Part shown: piece after piece, positions 25,226-38,414 of the stretch | Numbering within the stretch: the first letter of the stretch is position 1 | How the letters are laid out: the number at the start of each line of letters is the position of its first letter | DNA from: Malacoraja senta | Taxonomy: Eukaryota | Assembly: GCA_038087875.1 (NCBI GenBank) | Contig: CM075996.1 | Span: 5,644,001-5,708,000, forward strand | Length of the DNA: 64,000 nt | Direction of reading: 5' to 3' | Program-made: the position numbers and the translations under genes | The notes under the pieces: model-generated | What the model saw: the letters and a program-made list of their open reading frames with translations, nothing else | Database searches by the model: none | What the model was told of the DNA's origin: nothing

Positions 25226-25843
25226 GAATCTTTTCTGCCTGGATCTGTTCCATTATGTCGGGGACTGATCAATTGGCGACGTTTGAGACACCAAGGAAAG
25301 GGTGTGTGTATCTGTATACCTTCACTCCACCCCTTTGTCATTCCCTCGTTCCTCTCTATCTCCTTTTGTGGATGCCTCAAGGGCCTGTCCCACTTGGGCC
25401 ACGTTTCCGGCGACAGCCTGAAAAGAGGTTGTCGCGGGGTGACACGGGGTGACACAGGGGTGACACGGGGTGACACAGGGTGACGCATTTAATGACTGGA
25501 TTTTGGAATGTTCAAAATCTTGATTTGGGATTTTTCTGGATTCGGGAAATCTGGATTTTGGAATGTTCAAAAATATTTCCGTGCCACCTGCGTGTCTCAT
25601 CATGTCGTGGGCTGAAAAAAATCGCAACAGAAATCATTCTCTCTTTCTCAATGAGTTTGAAGAAAGGTCTGACCCAAATCGGCACCTCTTCATTCCCTCC
25701 ACGGATGCCACCTGACGCGCTGAGTTTCTCAGCAGTTGGACAGAGATGGCCATGGTGGGGCTACCCAGTTGCCCAGAGAGTGGACAGTGAGTACGAGGGG
25801 AGTGCCAGTGATTTACGCAGAAACGTGGAGAGTGCCCCGTCAC

Positions 25844-25868
25844 CGAATGACAACTCCCATCCCCCCGT
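25844..25868 (-). CDS. Candidate 25-nt exon of the NTS-like gene (D-GGMGVVI-R)
   Basis: tgtgtgcag acceptor and gtgacg donor. Needed only in splice model B. Confidence 0.4.
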
Positions 25869-25899
25869 CTGCACACACACCCTCGACACACTGCATCCG

Positions 25900-27410
25900 C
25901 ACTGGCTCACTGTCCCCACACTGGGCCCAACTTGCCCACACTGGGCCCAACACGTCCCCACACTGGGCCCAACACGTCCCCACACTGGGCCCAACACGTC
26001 CCCACACTGGGCCCAACACGTCCCCACACTGGGCCAAACACGTCCCCACACTGGGCCAAACACGTCCCCACACTGGGCCCAACATGTCCCCACACTGGGC
26101 CCAACACGTCCCCACACTGGGCCCAACACGTCCCCACACTGGGCCCAACATGTCCCCACACTGGGCCCAACACGTCCCCACACTGGGCCCAACATGTCCC
26201 CACACTGGGCCCAACACGTCCCCACACTGGGCCCAACATGTCCCCACACTGGGCCCAACACGTCCCCACACTGGGCCCAACATGTCCCCACACTGGGCCC
26301 AACATGTCCCCACACTGGGCCCAACACGTCCCCACACTGGGCCCAACATGTCCCCACACTGGGCCCAACTTGCCCACACTGGGCCCAACACGTCCCCACA
26401 CTGGGCCAAACACGTCCCCACACTGGGCCCAACATGTCCCCACACTGGGCCCAACTTGCCCACACTGGGCCCAACACGTCCCCACACTGGGCCCAACATG
26501 TCCCCACACTGGGCCAAACACGTCCCCACACTGGGCCCAACATGTCCCCACACTGGGCCAAACACGTCCCCACACTGGGCCCAACACGTCCCCACACTGG
26601 GCCCAACACGTCCCCACACTGGGCCCAACATGTCCCCACACTGGGCCCAACTTGCCCACACTGGGCCCAACACGTCCCCACACTGGGCCCAACATGTCCC
26701 CACACTGGGCCCAACTTGCCCACACTGGGCCCAACACGTCCCCACACTGGGCCCAACATGTCCCCACACTGGGCCCAACTTGCCCACACTGGGCCCAACA
26801 CGTCCCCACACTGGGCCAAACACGTCCCCACACTGGGCCCAACATGTCCCCACACTGGGCCAAACACGTCCCCACACTGGGCCCAACACGTCCCCACACT
26901 GGGCCCAACACGTCCCCACACTGGGCCCAACATGTCCCCACACTGGGCCAAACACGTCCCCACACTGGGCCCAACATGTCCCCACACTGGGCCCAACACG
27001 TCCCCACACTGGGCCCAACATGTCCCCACACTGGGCCCAACACGTCCCCACACTGGGCCCAACATGTCCCCACACTGGGCCCAACACGTCCCCACACTGG
27101 GCCCAACATGTCCCCACACTGGGCCCAACTTGCCCACACTGGGCCCAACACGTCCCCACACTGGGCCCAACTTGCCCACACTGGGCCCAACATGTCCCCA
27201 CACTGGGCCCAACTTGCCCACACTGGGCCCAACACATCCCCACACTGGGCCCAACTTGCCCACACTGGGCCCAACACGTCCCCACACTGGCTCACTGTCC
27301 CCACACTGGGCCCAACTTGCCCACACTGGGCCCAACACGTCCCCACACTGAGCCCAACTTGCCCACACTGGGCCCAACACGTCCCCACACTGGGCCCAAC
27401 ATGTCCCACA
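25900..27410. repeat. 20/22-bp minisatellite (CCCCACACTGGGCCCAACAYGT)
   Basis: Direct tandem array of about 1.5 kb. Confidence 0.97.
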
Positions 27411-27948
27411 CACTAGTCCCACCTGCTTGCTCTTGGTTCATATCCCTCCACACTTGTCCTATCCATGCACCTGTCTAACTGTTTCTTAAACATTTGGACA
27501 GTCCCAGTCTCTGGCAGCTTGTTCCATACACCCACCACCCTTTGTGTGAAAAAGTTACCCCCTCAGATTCCTGTTAAATCTTTTCCCCTTCACCTTGAAC
27601 CTATGTCCTCTGGTCCTCGATTCCCCTACCCTGGGCAAGAGACTCTGTGCATCTACCCGATCTGCTCCTCTCATGATTTCGTACACCTGCTTTTAAGGCA
27701 GAGATAGATAGATTCTTGATCACTACGGGTGTCAGGGATTATGGGGAGAATGGGGTTAGGAGGGAGACATACTGTAGATCAGCCATGATTGAATGGCGGA
27801 GTAGACTCGATGGGCCGAACGGCCTAATTCTATTCCCATTCCTTGTGACATTATGACCTTACGACTCGCTGGGTTACTCCAGCATTTTGTGTCTGTTTCC
27901 TGCCTTCTCTCTGTTCCCCCCACTCTGACTGAATATTCCCATTCCCAC

Positions 27949-28009
27949 CTGTGCAAACTCCAAACGTTCCGACCAGGATTCCGATCAACCACAGTGTCTG
28001 CAGCTTCAT
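27949..28009 (-). CDS. Signal-peptide exon of the NTS-like gene (MKLQTLWLIGILVGTFGVCT)
   Basis: gccATG context, basic n-region, hydrophobic core and small-residue end. Phase-1 gtggga donor; upstream acceptor at 28020. Confidence 0.8.
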
Positions 28010-28256
28010 GGCTCCGACCCCTGGAATGCAAACACAAACCGCAGTTTAGTTTAGTTGTATTGAGTTTAGTTTATTGTCACTTGTACCGAGGTACAGTGAA
28101 AGGCTTTTGTTGCGTGCTAACTAGTCAGCGGAGAGACAATACGTGGTTGTAATCGAGCCATTTACGGCGTGTAGAGGTATGATAAGGGAATAACGTTTAG
28201 TGCAAGGTAAAGCCAGCAAAGTCCAATTAAAGGAAAGTCCGAGTGTTTAAGAAAGA

Positions 28257-28845
28257 ACCTGCAGTTGTACAGGGCCCTAGTGAGACCACACCTCGAATAT
28301 TGTGTGCAGTTTTGGTCCCCTAATTTGAGGAAGGACATTCTTGCTATTGAGGGAGTGCAGTGTAGGTTTACAAGGTTAATTCCCGGGATGGCGGGACTGT
28401 CATATGCTGAGAGAATGGAGCGGCTGGGCTTGTACACTCTGGAGTTTAGAAGGATGAGAGGATATCTCATTGAAACATATAAGATTGTTAAGGGCTTGGA
28501 CACGCTAGAGGCAGGAAACATGTTCCCGATGTTGGGGGAGTCCAGAACCAGGGGCCACAGTTTAAGAATAAGGAGTAAGCCATTTAGAACGGAGACGAGG
28601 AAACACTTTTTCTCACAGAGAGTGGTGAGTCTGTGGAATTCTCTGCCTCAGTGGGCGGTGGAGGCCGGTTCTCTGGATGCTTTCAAGAGCGAGCTGGATA
28701 GGGCTCTTAAAAATAGTCTGGGGATATGGGGAGAAGGCAGGAACGGGGTACTGATTGGGGATGATCAGCCATGATCATATTGAATGGCGGTGCTGGCTCG
28801 AAGGGCCAAATGGCCTACTCCTGCACCTATTGTCTATTGTCTATT
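28257..28845 (+). mobile_element. CR1 LINE 3' fragment
   Basis: LVRPHLEYCVQFWSP motif and 3'UTR. Confidence 0.9.
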
Positions 28846-31320
28846 AACTGCAGATGCTGAAAAAATCGAAGGTGGACAAAAATGCTGGAGAAACTCAGCG
28901 GGTGAGGCAGCATCTATGGAGCGAAGGAATAGGTGACGTTTCAGGTCGAGACCCTTCCTCAGACTGACATGGGGGTGGGGCGGGGGGCGGCAGGAAGAAG
29001 AAAGGAAGAGGCGGAGACAGTGGGCTGTGGGAGAGCTGGGAAGGGGAGGGGAAAGAGGGAGAAAGCAGGGACTACCTGAAATTGGAGAAGTCAATGTTCA
29101 TACCGCTGGGGTGTAGTCCGAGGGTCACCCTTGAGGTAGATAGCAGATGGAAATGTGTAGGAAGGAACTGCAGACGCTGGTTTACAGCGAAGATAGACTC
29201 AAAATGCTGGAGGAACTCGATGGGACAGGCAGCACCTCTGGAGAGAGGGAGTGGGTGACGTTTCGGGTCGAGACCCTACTCCAGATAGCAGTGCAGGACC
29301 ACAAACAGGGGGCAGTCCTGAACTACTATCTACCTCAAGGTTTAAGGGGTTTCCGGAGTTAGACTTGGGTCTGTCGTGGTGGGCATCTGCTGTGTGAAAT
29401 CAAGGATGGAAGTCCTTGTCTGCCGAAGAGGATGACCCAACATCCAAGACTCATTGGCCAGAAACCTTTAGGATTTCATTAGAGTTCATACACGATAGAC
29501 TGGAGCTGCTGACGACAGCATTTCCCACCCGAGCCATCTTTTTTTATTGTTTAGTTTAGAGATACAGCGAGGAAAGAATAAGGAGTAAGCCATTTAGAAC
29601 GGAGACGAGGAAACACTTTTTCTCCCAGAGAGTGGTGAGTCTGTGGAATTCTCTGCCTCAGAGGGTGGTGGAGGCAGATTCTCTGGATGCTTTCAAGAGA
29701 GAGCTAGATAGGGCTCTTGAAGATAGCGGAGTCAGGGGATATGGGGAGAAGGCAGGAACGGGGTACTGATTGGGGATGATCAGCCATGATCACATTGAAT
29801 GGCGGTGCTGGCTCGAAGGGCCGAATGGCCTAGTCCTGCACCTATTGTCTATTGAAACTGGTCCTTCGGCCCATCGAGTGCACCCCGACCAGCGATCATC
29901 CCGTACACTAGTTCTATCCTACGCACTTGGGACAATTTTACAGAGGTCCCAGACCAGCGATCGCCTGTACACTAGCACTATCCTATACACCAGGGACAAT
30001 GTACAGAAGTCAATTAACCTACAATTCTGATAGACACAAAAAGCTGGAGTAACTCAGCGGGACAGGCAGTATCTCTGCAGAGAAGGGATGGGTGGTGTTT
30101 CAGGTCGAGACCGTTCTTCAGACCCGAAACGTCACCCATTCCTTCTCTCCACAGATGCCGCCTGTCCCGCTGAGTTACGCCAGCCTTTTGTGCCCGTCTT
30201 CAGTTTAAACCAGCGTCTGCAGTTCCCTCCTAAACAACCTGTACGTCTTTGGAGTGTGGGAGGAAACCAGAGCACCAGGAGAAAACCCACGCGGACAACA
30301 AACAAACTCCGTACAGACAGCACCCGTAGTCGGGATCGAACCTGGGTCTCTGGCGCTGTGAGGCAGCAACTCTACTGCTGCCCCACCGTGCCAATAGATA
30401 CTGCCTTGTGTCTATCAACCAGCCAACCAGCACATCTTTGGGATTCCCGGATGAAACAGGAGCACCCGGGGGAACAGGGAGAACATGCGAACTCCACACA
30501 ACCAGCACCAGTGGTCAGGATTGAACCTGGCTCGCTGGAGCTGTGAGGCAGCGGCTGCATTAGAGTGTGTAATAGAGTCACAGAGTGATACAGCATGGAA
30601 ACAGGCCCTTCGGCCCAACTTGCCCATACTGGCCAACATGTCCCAGCTACACTCGTCCCACCTGCCCGCGTTTGGTCCATAACCCTCCAAACCTGTCCTA
30701 TCCATGTACCTGTCTGACTGTTTCTTAAATGTTGGGATAGTCCCAGCCTCAACTACCTCATCTGCCAGCTCGTTCCATACACCCACCACCCTCGGTGTGA
30801 AAAAATTACCCCTCGGATTCCTATTAAATCATTTCCCCTTCACCGTGAACCTATGTCCCCTCTGGTCCTCGATTCCTCTACTCTGGGCAAGAGACTCTGT
30901 GCATCTACCCGATCTATTCCCCTCATGATGTTGTACACCTGCCGCTGTCCTGCAGCAGGCAATGTGCATGAACTCAGGAACTCACATTCATATCAAGAAT
31001 GTGATTTGGTGATTTGTTCCTTTAATGTTTTCTTTCTCCGGACTATACAGCTAGTGTTTCATCCTGTGTCGGCAGGAACTGCAGATGCTGGTTTAAACCG
31101 AAAGCAGACATAACAAGCTAGAGTAACTGAGTGGGTCAGGCAGCATCTCTGGAGGACATGGATAGGTGACGTTTCCGGTCGGGACCCTTCCTCCGACTGA
31201 GATGCTGCCTGAGCCACTGAGTTACTCCAGCACTTTGTGTCTCGTTTTTTTGTGAACCAGCATCTGCAGTTCCTATTTCGCTTGGGGAGCTTACACCACA
31301 GCAGTATGAACATTGAGGGC

Positions 31321-31751
31321 TTTGTCTACAAAGCCCTCAATGGGCTCGCCCCCACCTACATAAAAAGTCTTCTCACCCACCACACCACCTCCAGGCCCCT
31401 CAGATCGGCCGACTTGGGGTTGCTGAATATCCCGCGGTCTAGGCATAAGCTCAGGGGCGACCGCGCCTTTACGGTTGCAGCTCCTAGACTGTGGAACAGC
31501 ATCCCCCTTCCCATCAGAACTGCCCCCTCCATCGACTCCTTTAAGTCAAGACTAAAGACTTATCTCTAGTCCCAAGCCTTTCTTGACGTCCTCTGAGCGA
31601 GGGCTGTATGTATGTAGTGATGTTTGTATTTAATCTATGAACCACTGTTGTTTGTTATACTATTCTTATACCAATCTAAAGCACTTTGGCCAACGAGAGT
31701 TGTTTTTTAAATATGCTATATAAATAAAAGTGACTTGACTTGACTTGACTC
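31321..31751 (+). mobile_element. L2 LINE 3' fragment
   Basis: YKALNGLAP.Y...GDRAF..AAPRLWNS...FKSRLKTYL and (GACTT)n tail. Confidence 0.85.
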
Positions 31752-32243
31752 TAACTTCAAGTAACCCTTGCTTTTCCTCTCTATCCCTCCCCCTTCCCTG
31801 TTCTCCGACCAGTCTTGCTGTCTCCGACTACATTTTATCACATTGAATGGCGGTGCTGGCTCGGAGGGCCGAATGGCCTACTCCTGCACCTATATTCTAT
31901 TGAATCTCTGTTAGTTTTGTTGTTACCTTCTCCCAGCTAACAATGGTCTCTTCTCCATTTTCCTTTGATCTCCATTCCCTTTGTCCTATTTTCACACCTT
32001 ACACTTCCTTATCTACCTATATATCTCCCTTTCCCCTGACATCAGTCTCGACCCGAAACGTCACCCGTTCCTTCTCTCCAGAGATGCTGCCTGTCCCAGC
32101 TGAGTTCCTTGTTTCCCCAACCCGACAAGTAATCGAGGTTCACGTGAAACGAGGGCTTGGGTTGGACGTTAGAAGGACCTTGTGTGAAGAGATCCCTGTT
32201 ACAGTAAGAGGCGGCAATGGGGAAGAGGACAAAGGGGCCTTAC

Positions 32244-32404
32244 CTTTGTGAGTTGAAGATGCTGAGGGTCTTGGACAATGGTCTTGGTTCCTCCACTGCG
32301 ATTCGTTGGTCTTGGACTGGTGCAGCAGTATTTATTGAGAGATCTCTCAGGGGGGTGGGGACAACATGGCCAGGGGCGGCTCCCTCAGCACCGACGATGC
32401 AAAT
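32244..32404 (-). promoter_or_regulatory. Candidate promoter and non-coding first exon of the NTS-like gene
   Basis: AAG|GTAAGG donor at 32244, ATAAATA at 32329-32335, octamer ATTTGCAT at 32397-32404. Inference only. Confidence 0.35.
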
Positions 32405-33346
32405 TGTCTCAGCCCTTTTACGCCTCCCACACCCCTCTGTGTGGAGGAAGGAACGGCAGATGCCGGTTTTAAAACGGCCAGTTTCCTTCATCATCGTTAC
32501 ATTTTTGCACATCTTTCAATCACCTGTTCTACATCATCGTCTATTCCTCTCGTTTCCCTTTAGAAAATAGGTGCAGGTCGGAGGCCATTCGGCCCTTCGA
32601 ACCAGCACCGCCTTCCCCTGACTCTCGGTCCAAGGAAGGGTCTGGACATGAAACGTCACCTATTCCTTCTCTCCATAGATGCTGTCTGGCCCGCTGAGTT
32701 ACTCCAGCACTTTGAGTCTAGGAATCCTCCTCTCTTTCCTATCCATGTACTTGTACAAATGTCTTTTCATCTTAATGAAGGACACTGGTTCTCGAGTTCA
32801 AGTTCACGTTATTCATAAATTCATAGGTTTTAGGAGCAGAATTAAACCATTCGGCCCATCGAGTCTAATCCACCATTCAATCATGGCTGATCTATCTTTC
32901 CCTCCCAACCCCATTCTCCTGCCTTCTCCCCATAACCCCTGACACCCGTACTAATCAAGAATCTATCTATCTCTGCCTTAAAAAAACATTGACTTGGCCT
33001 CCACAGCCGTCTGTGGCAATGAGTTCCATTGAAATCTTCAGATGAAATATATATTTGTTATTAAAAATTCATCAAATAATAGAAGCGATTGAATAGAAAT
33101 CTAATTACCAAGTCATTGGGTATTTTTAAAGTGGAGATTGACAGGTTCTTGATTAGTACGAGCATCAGGGGTAATGGGGGAAGGCAGGAGAATGGGGTTG
33201 AGAGGGAGAGATAGATCAGCCGTGATTGAATTGTGGAGTAGACACGAAGGGCTGAATGCTCCTAGCACTTATGAACTTGTGAAGGTACTACCTTTTATAG
33301 CGCTGAATTCTAACAAAAGGTAGTACTATATCAAATGCAAAAGATT

Positions 33347-33828
33347 TGATGCATGTTGCATGCTGCATGTTGCATGTGCATGTTGTGTGATGCATGTTGT
33401 GATGTATGTTGCATGTTGCATGATGCATGTTGTGTAATGCATGTTGCATGTTGTGTGATGCATGTTGTGTGATGCATGTTGTGTGATGCATGTTGCATGC
33501 TGCATGTTGTGTGATGCATGTTGTGATGTATGTTGCATGTTGCATGTTGCATGATGCATGTTGTGTAATGCATGTTGCATGTTGCATGATGCATGTTGTG
33601 TAATGCATGTTGCATGTTGTGTGATGCATGTTGTGTGATGCATGTTGCATGATGCATGTTGTGCAATGCATGTTGCATGATGCATGTTGTGTAATGCATG
33701 TTGCATGTTGTGTGATGCATGTTGTGTGATGTATGTTGCATGATGCATGTTGTGCAATGCATGTTGTGTGATGCATGTTGCATGTTGCATGATGCATGTT
33801 GTGTGATGCGTGTTGCATGTTGCATGCA
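33347..33828. repeat. TGCATGT-based tandem repeat
   Basis: Directly visible. Confidence 0.95.
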
Positions 33829-35169
33829 CTAACCCCATTCTCCTCCCTTCTCCCCATAACCCCCTGACACCCGTACTAATCAAGAATCTATCTATCTCTG
33901 CCTTAAAAATATCTGAAAATAGACTCAAAACGCTGGAGTAACTCAGCGGGACAGGCAGCATCTCTGGAGAGAAGGAATGGGTGACGTTTCGGGTTGAGAC
34001 CCTTCTTCAGACCAGAAACCTATCATTCAAAAATATCCATTGACTTGGCCTCCACGGCCGTCTGTGGCAATGAATTCCACAGATTCACCACCCTGTGACT
34101 GAAGGTTTATCACCGTGTAGTCGAGCACAGTGAGGTACAGGTACAACATGGCACCAACACCGACATATAGACTCAGACAAACCGGGAACAACAAATCACA
34201 CTTAACCCTCTAAACAAAAGAGAGCTGTGATAAAAGAAGACACTCGTGCTGAAATAGAATTAGAAAATAAACCAACAGAGGAAACAAGAACTGGTTTAGT
34301 TTAGATTAGTTTAGAGATACGGCGCAGAAGCAACCCGGTTTCGATCCTGACCACGGGTGGTGTCTGTACGGAGTTTGCACGTTCTCCCTGTGACCTGCGT
34401 GGGTTTTCTCCGGGTGCTCCGGTTTCCTCCCACACTCCAAAGACGTGCAGGTTTGTAGGTTAATTGGCTTCTGTAAAATTGTCCCTCATGTGTAGAATAG
34501 AACTCGTGGGTGTAGGGTGATCGTTGGTCGGTGTGGACTCGGTGGGCCAAAGGACTTCCATGCTGTATCACTGATCTAAACTAAACAGATTAATGTGTAA
34601 ATAGGAACTACAGATGTTGGTTTACCCCAAAGATAGACACAGAGTGTTGGAATAACTCAGCGGGTCAGGCAGCATCTCTGAAGATAGGGAATAGGTGATG
34701 TTTCGGATCTGATGAAGGGTCTCGACCCGAAACGCCACCCATTCCTTCTCTCCAGAGATGCTGCCTGTCCCGCCGAGTTACTCCAGCATTTTGTGTCTAT
34801 CTGTGGTCTAAACAAATACATGGATGTGAAGTCCCACCTTGATACTGGGGTCATGGAAAGAGAGTTTTTATGTTTTATAGATGTTTTTATGTTTATTGTT
34901 AAATTCTTTAATGTTGCATCTTATCTTAATTTGTATGCTGCAATGGCAAGTCAAATTTCACTACACCAATTTGGTGTTTGTGATAATAAATGTCCTTAGT
35001 ATCCTTTGAGTTCACGTTGGGGCCCTGTTCCCACCAATCTTTCCACCACCACACACAAGAAGCGACAAGACAGACACCATTGTATGCAGATGCCGAGAAG
35101 TGCGTTCAGCTCTGGCTGGACAACTTCTAATCTTGTTTGTGGACTCGATAAGAAGAAGAACAACCACGA

Positions 35170-35838
35170 CGTGAAGAAAGTGAAGAAAGCGAATGGTATG
35201 TTAGCATTCATAGCAAAAGGATTTGAGTATAGGAGCAGGGAGGTTCTACTGCAGTTGTACAGGATCTTGGTGAGACCACACCTGGAGTATTGCGTACAGT
35301 TTTGGTCTCCTAATCTGAGGAAAGACATTCTTGCCATAGAGGGAGTACAGAGAAGGTTCACCAGACTGATTCCTGGGATGTCAGGACTTTCATATGAAGA
35401 AAGACTGGATAGACTCGGCTTGTACTCGCTAGAATTTAGAAGATTGAGGGGGGGATCTTATAGAAACTTACAAAATTCTTAAGGGGTTGGACAGGCTAGA
35501 TGCAGGAAGATTGTTCCCGATGTTGGGGAAGTCCAGGACAAGGGGTCACAGTTTAAGGATAAAGGGGAAATCTTTTAGGACCGAGATGAGAAAAACATTT
35601 TTCACACAGAGAGTGGTGAATCTGTGGAATTCTCTGCCACAGAAGGTAGTCGAGGCCAGTTCATTGGCTATATTTAAGAGGGAGTTAGATGTGGCCCTTG
35701 TGGCTAAAGGGATCAGGGGGTATGGAGAGAAGGCAGGTACAGGATACTGAGTTGGATGATCATATTGAATGGCGGTGCAGGCTCGAAGGGCCGAATGGCC
35801 TACTCCTGCACCTATTTTCTATGTTTCTATGTTTCTAT
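35170..35838 (+). mobile_element. CR1 LINE 3' fragment, same subfamily as 19383-22110
   Basis: Near-identical peptide with one frameshift in a G run. Confidence 0.9.
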
Positions 35839-38414
35839 GACAGTGGGAACTTTCTGAGCACGGCACATGAATGGTTAAAGCCTTCCTTTGCATCTCGATG
35901 TGGCTTCAAAGACGGCCCTTGTGGAGGAGATGTGTGACACAAGGCCGTGCATCTGAGTGGTGCCACAGCTGTGCCAAATGAACTGAATAGTCCACTCGGT
36001 TACCAGCGGGCCTCTTGAGCCGGCTGCCTCCACCTGGGTCCCGTGGCCTCTCAATGCACGCTCATACATTTCAAAGGCTGTGATTCTCTCTCCAACACTT
36101 TGTCATTTCGTCAGCGGCCCTGCCACTCGGGTAAACTGGAGGCGAGACATCGCCACCCAGAGCCACTCAGAACAAAGTGCGGTGCCTCTTCATGTGGTCA
36201 CGGCAGCTGCTCCATGCTTCACTGAGAGAGTCTGCCGCTAAATCATCCTCTCGTCAAATAAATGGTGGCCAATCCTCATACTCAAGGAGTAAAGAGATCA
36301 TTCCTTAATCAACTCCAGTCCCCCATTCATCTAAATATTAGATTGTGTTGCACTTACTAAATCAGGAGTAGAACACACAAACCAGTTGCAGAAATGTGGA
36401 TGCGTATATATCCACTATTCTTACAACCTTCTACATATTGTACAATTGTGCCTCTGTATAATATTGTACTGCATTGCCCACAAGAAAAAAGACTTTCAAT
36501 AGATAATAGACAATAGGTGCAGGAGTAGGTCATTCTGCCCTTCGAGCCAGCACCGCCATTCAATGTGATCACTTTCACTATACCTAGGGACATGTTTAGT
36601 TTAGTTTAGAGATTCACTCATCATCGTTGAAAACATCAGCGACGCAGTGGTGCTGGTTTCCGCCGGGAACGGTGACGGGTACGCACCACACATCTCTGTC
36701 CTCCAGTTCCTGCGGACTTCCACCGCTGGAAGTCTAGTATGTTGGTGTGTGTGTGTGTGTGTGTGTGTGTGCTTTGTCATCGTTCCTTACAATGCCCTGT
36801 ACGACAGTGATCGCAACTTCTACTGAAGTGTGGATGGCCGTTGGCTCGCTAGGAGCTCATCCGCCCTTTGACAGGTCTTGTTTTTGGTCCTGCTGGGGGT
36901 CCACAGCCCCCTCCCTCACCTGGCAAACCAGGTGGGGGAGACTGTTCAGTCGCCGACTATCCGACCATGGAGGGGGTAGCACGGGATTACATGGTACCCG
37001 TGGCATGGGGAACTCCCCCCCGACCTGACCATATAGTTTAGAGATATAGCGTGGAAACAGGCCATTCGGCCCACCAAGTCCATGCCGACCGGTGATCCAT
37101 GCACACTAACACTATCCTACACACACTTGGGACAATTTACAATTATACCAAGCCCAATTAACCTTCAAACCTGTACGTCTTTGGAGTGTGGGAGGAAACC
37201 GAAGATCCCAGAGTAAACTCACGCAGGTCACGGGGAGCACGTGCAAACTCCGTATAGACAAGCACCCGTAGTCAGGATCGAACCCGGGTCTCTGGCGCTG
37301 TGAGGCAGCAACTCTACCGTGCCGCCTACTCATGTACATCAGTCTGATTGTGCCTACGTATAATGAGATTTTACTGAATTATATGCAAAAAAAAGAATGT
37401 CACTGTCCCTGGGTACATTTAGTTTAGGTTTGTTTAGCGATACAGCATGGAAACAGGCCCTTCGGCCCACCGAGCCAACGCCAACCAAAATGTCCTATCG
37501 CCACTAGTCCCACCTGCATGTGTTTTTACGATGACAAATTCTAGTTATGACACCGGGTGGCGCCAGCAATGGCTGCCTCGCCAACAGTCTGTCTGTCCTT
37601 TTCCTTCTTTGTGTGTTTTAAATGCGATAAATGTATGTTTCTTCGTGTACTTTAGTTTGTTTTGTGTGGGGGCGGGGGGGGGGGGAAGTTGGGGGAAACT
37701 TTTTCTAATCTCTGACCTCGACGGGTTGCGATTTTCCCCGTATCGTAACTCCGTCCGTACTGCGGCCTAACATCGAGGAGTTGGCGGCCTTTGCTGGAGA
37801 TCGACCCGGGGGCTCCGACTGTGGGAGCCTGCGGGACCTTAGCATCGCGGAAACCGTGGTCTCTGGTTAGAGACCGACTTCGGGGACTACAAGCCTCAGG
37901 AGCTTTGACCGCCCCGACGTGGGGGTTTCGACCCCCCCCCCCCGACACTGGGGGCTTCGACCGCCGGCTGCGGGAGCTACGATCGCCCCGCCGGATGATT
38001 CGACTGCCCCGACCGCTGGAGAATGAAGAGGAAGATGTGCCTTCCATCACAGTGAGGAACGGGGGGATTCACCACTCTAGTGAATGTTTATGTTTACTTC
38101 TATGTAGTTGTGTGTCTTGTTGCTTTTTTTTCACCAGTATGGCCGTATGGTAATTCGAATTTCACATGTGACAATAAACTGACCTTGAACCCTTGAACCC
38201 AAACGCCTCTGCTCAAAAAGAAAAGAAAACAGCAAGCATTGATGTAACCATTAAACCTTTATTGAAGATATGATTCAGACATGAACATGTCCTGGAACAT
38301 ATACCATAATACTGATAGAGCTTCTAGGTCAGACAACATAGTAAAAAGAGATCAGAAATTATCACAAGGTATGCCGCGCCATTACAGCATTGAATAGACA
38401 AGGAATTATTCAGT

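Noticed and set aside
25900..27410. CRISPR-like array
   Set aside because: No unique spacers, a pure tandem repeat, and a vertebrate context.
25480..27478. Six overlapping ORFs of 480-620 aa
   Set aside because: Translations of a stop-free minisatellite.
33288..33961. MQHATC-repeat ORFs
   Set aside because: TGCATGT tandem repeat.
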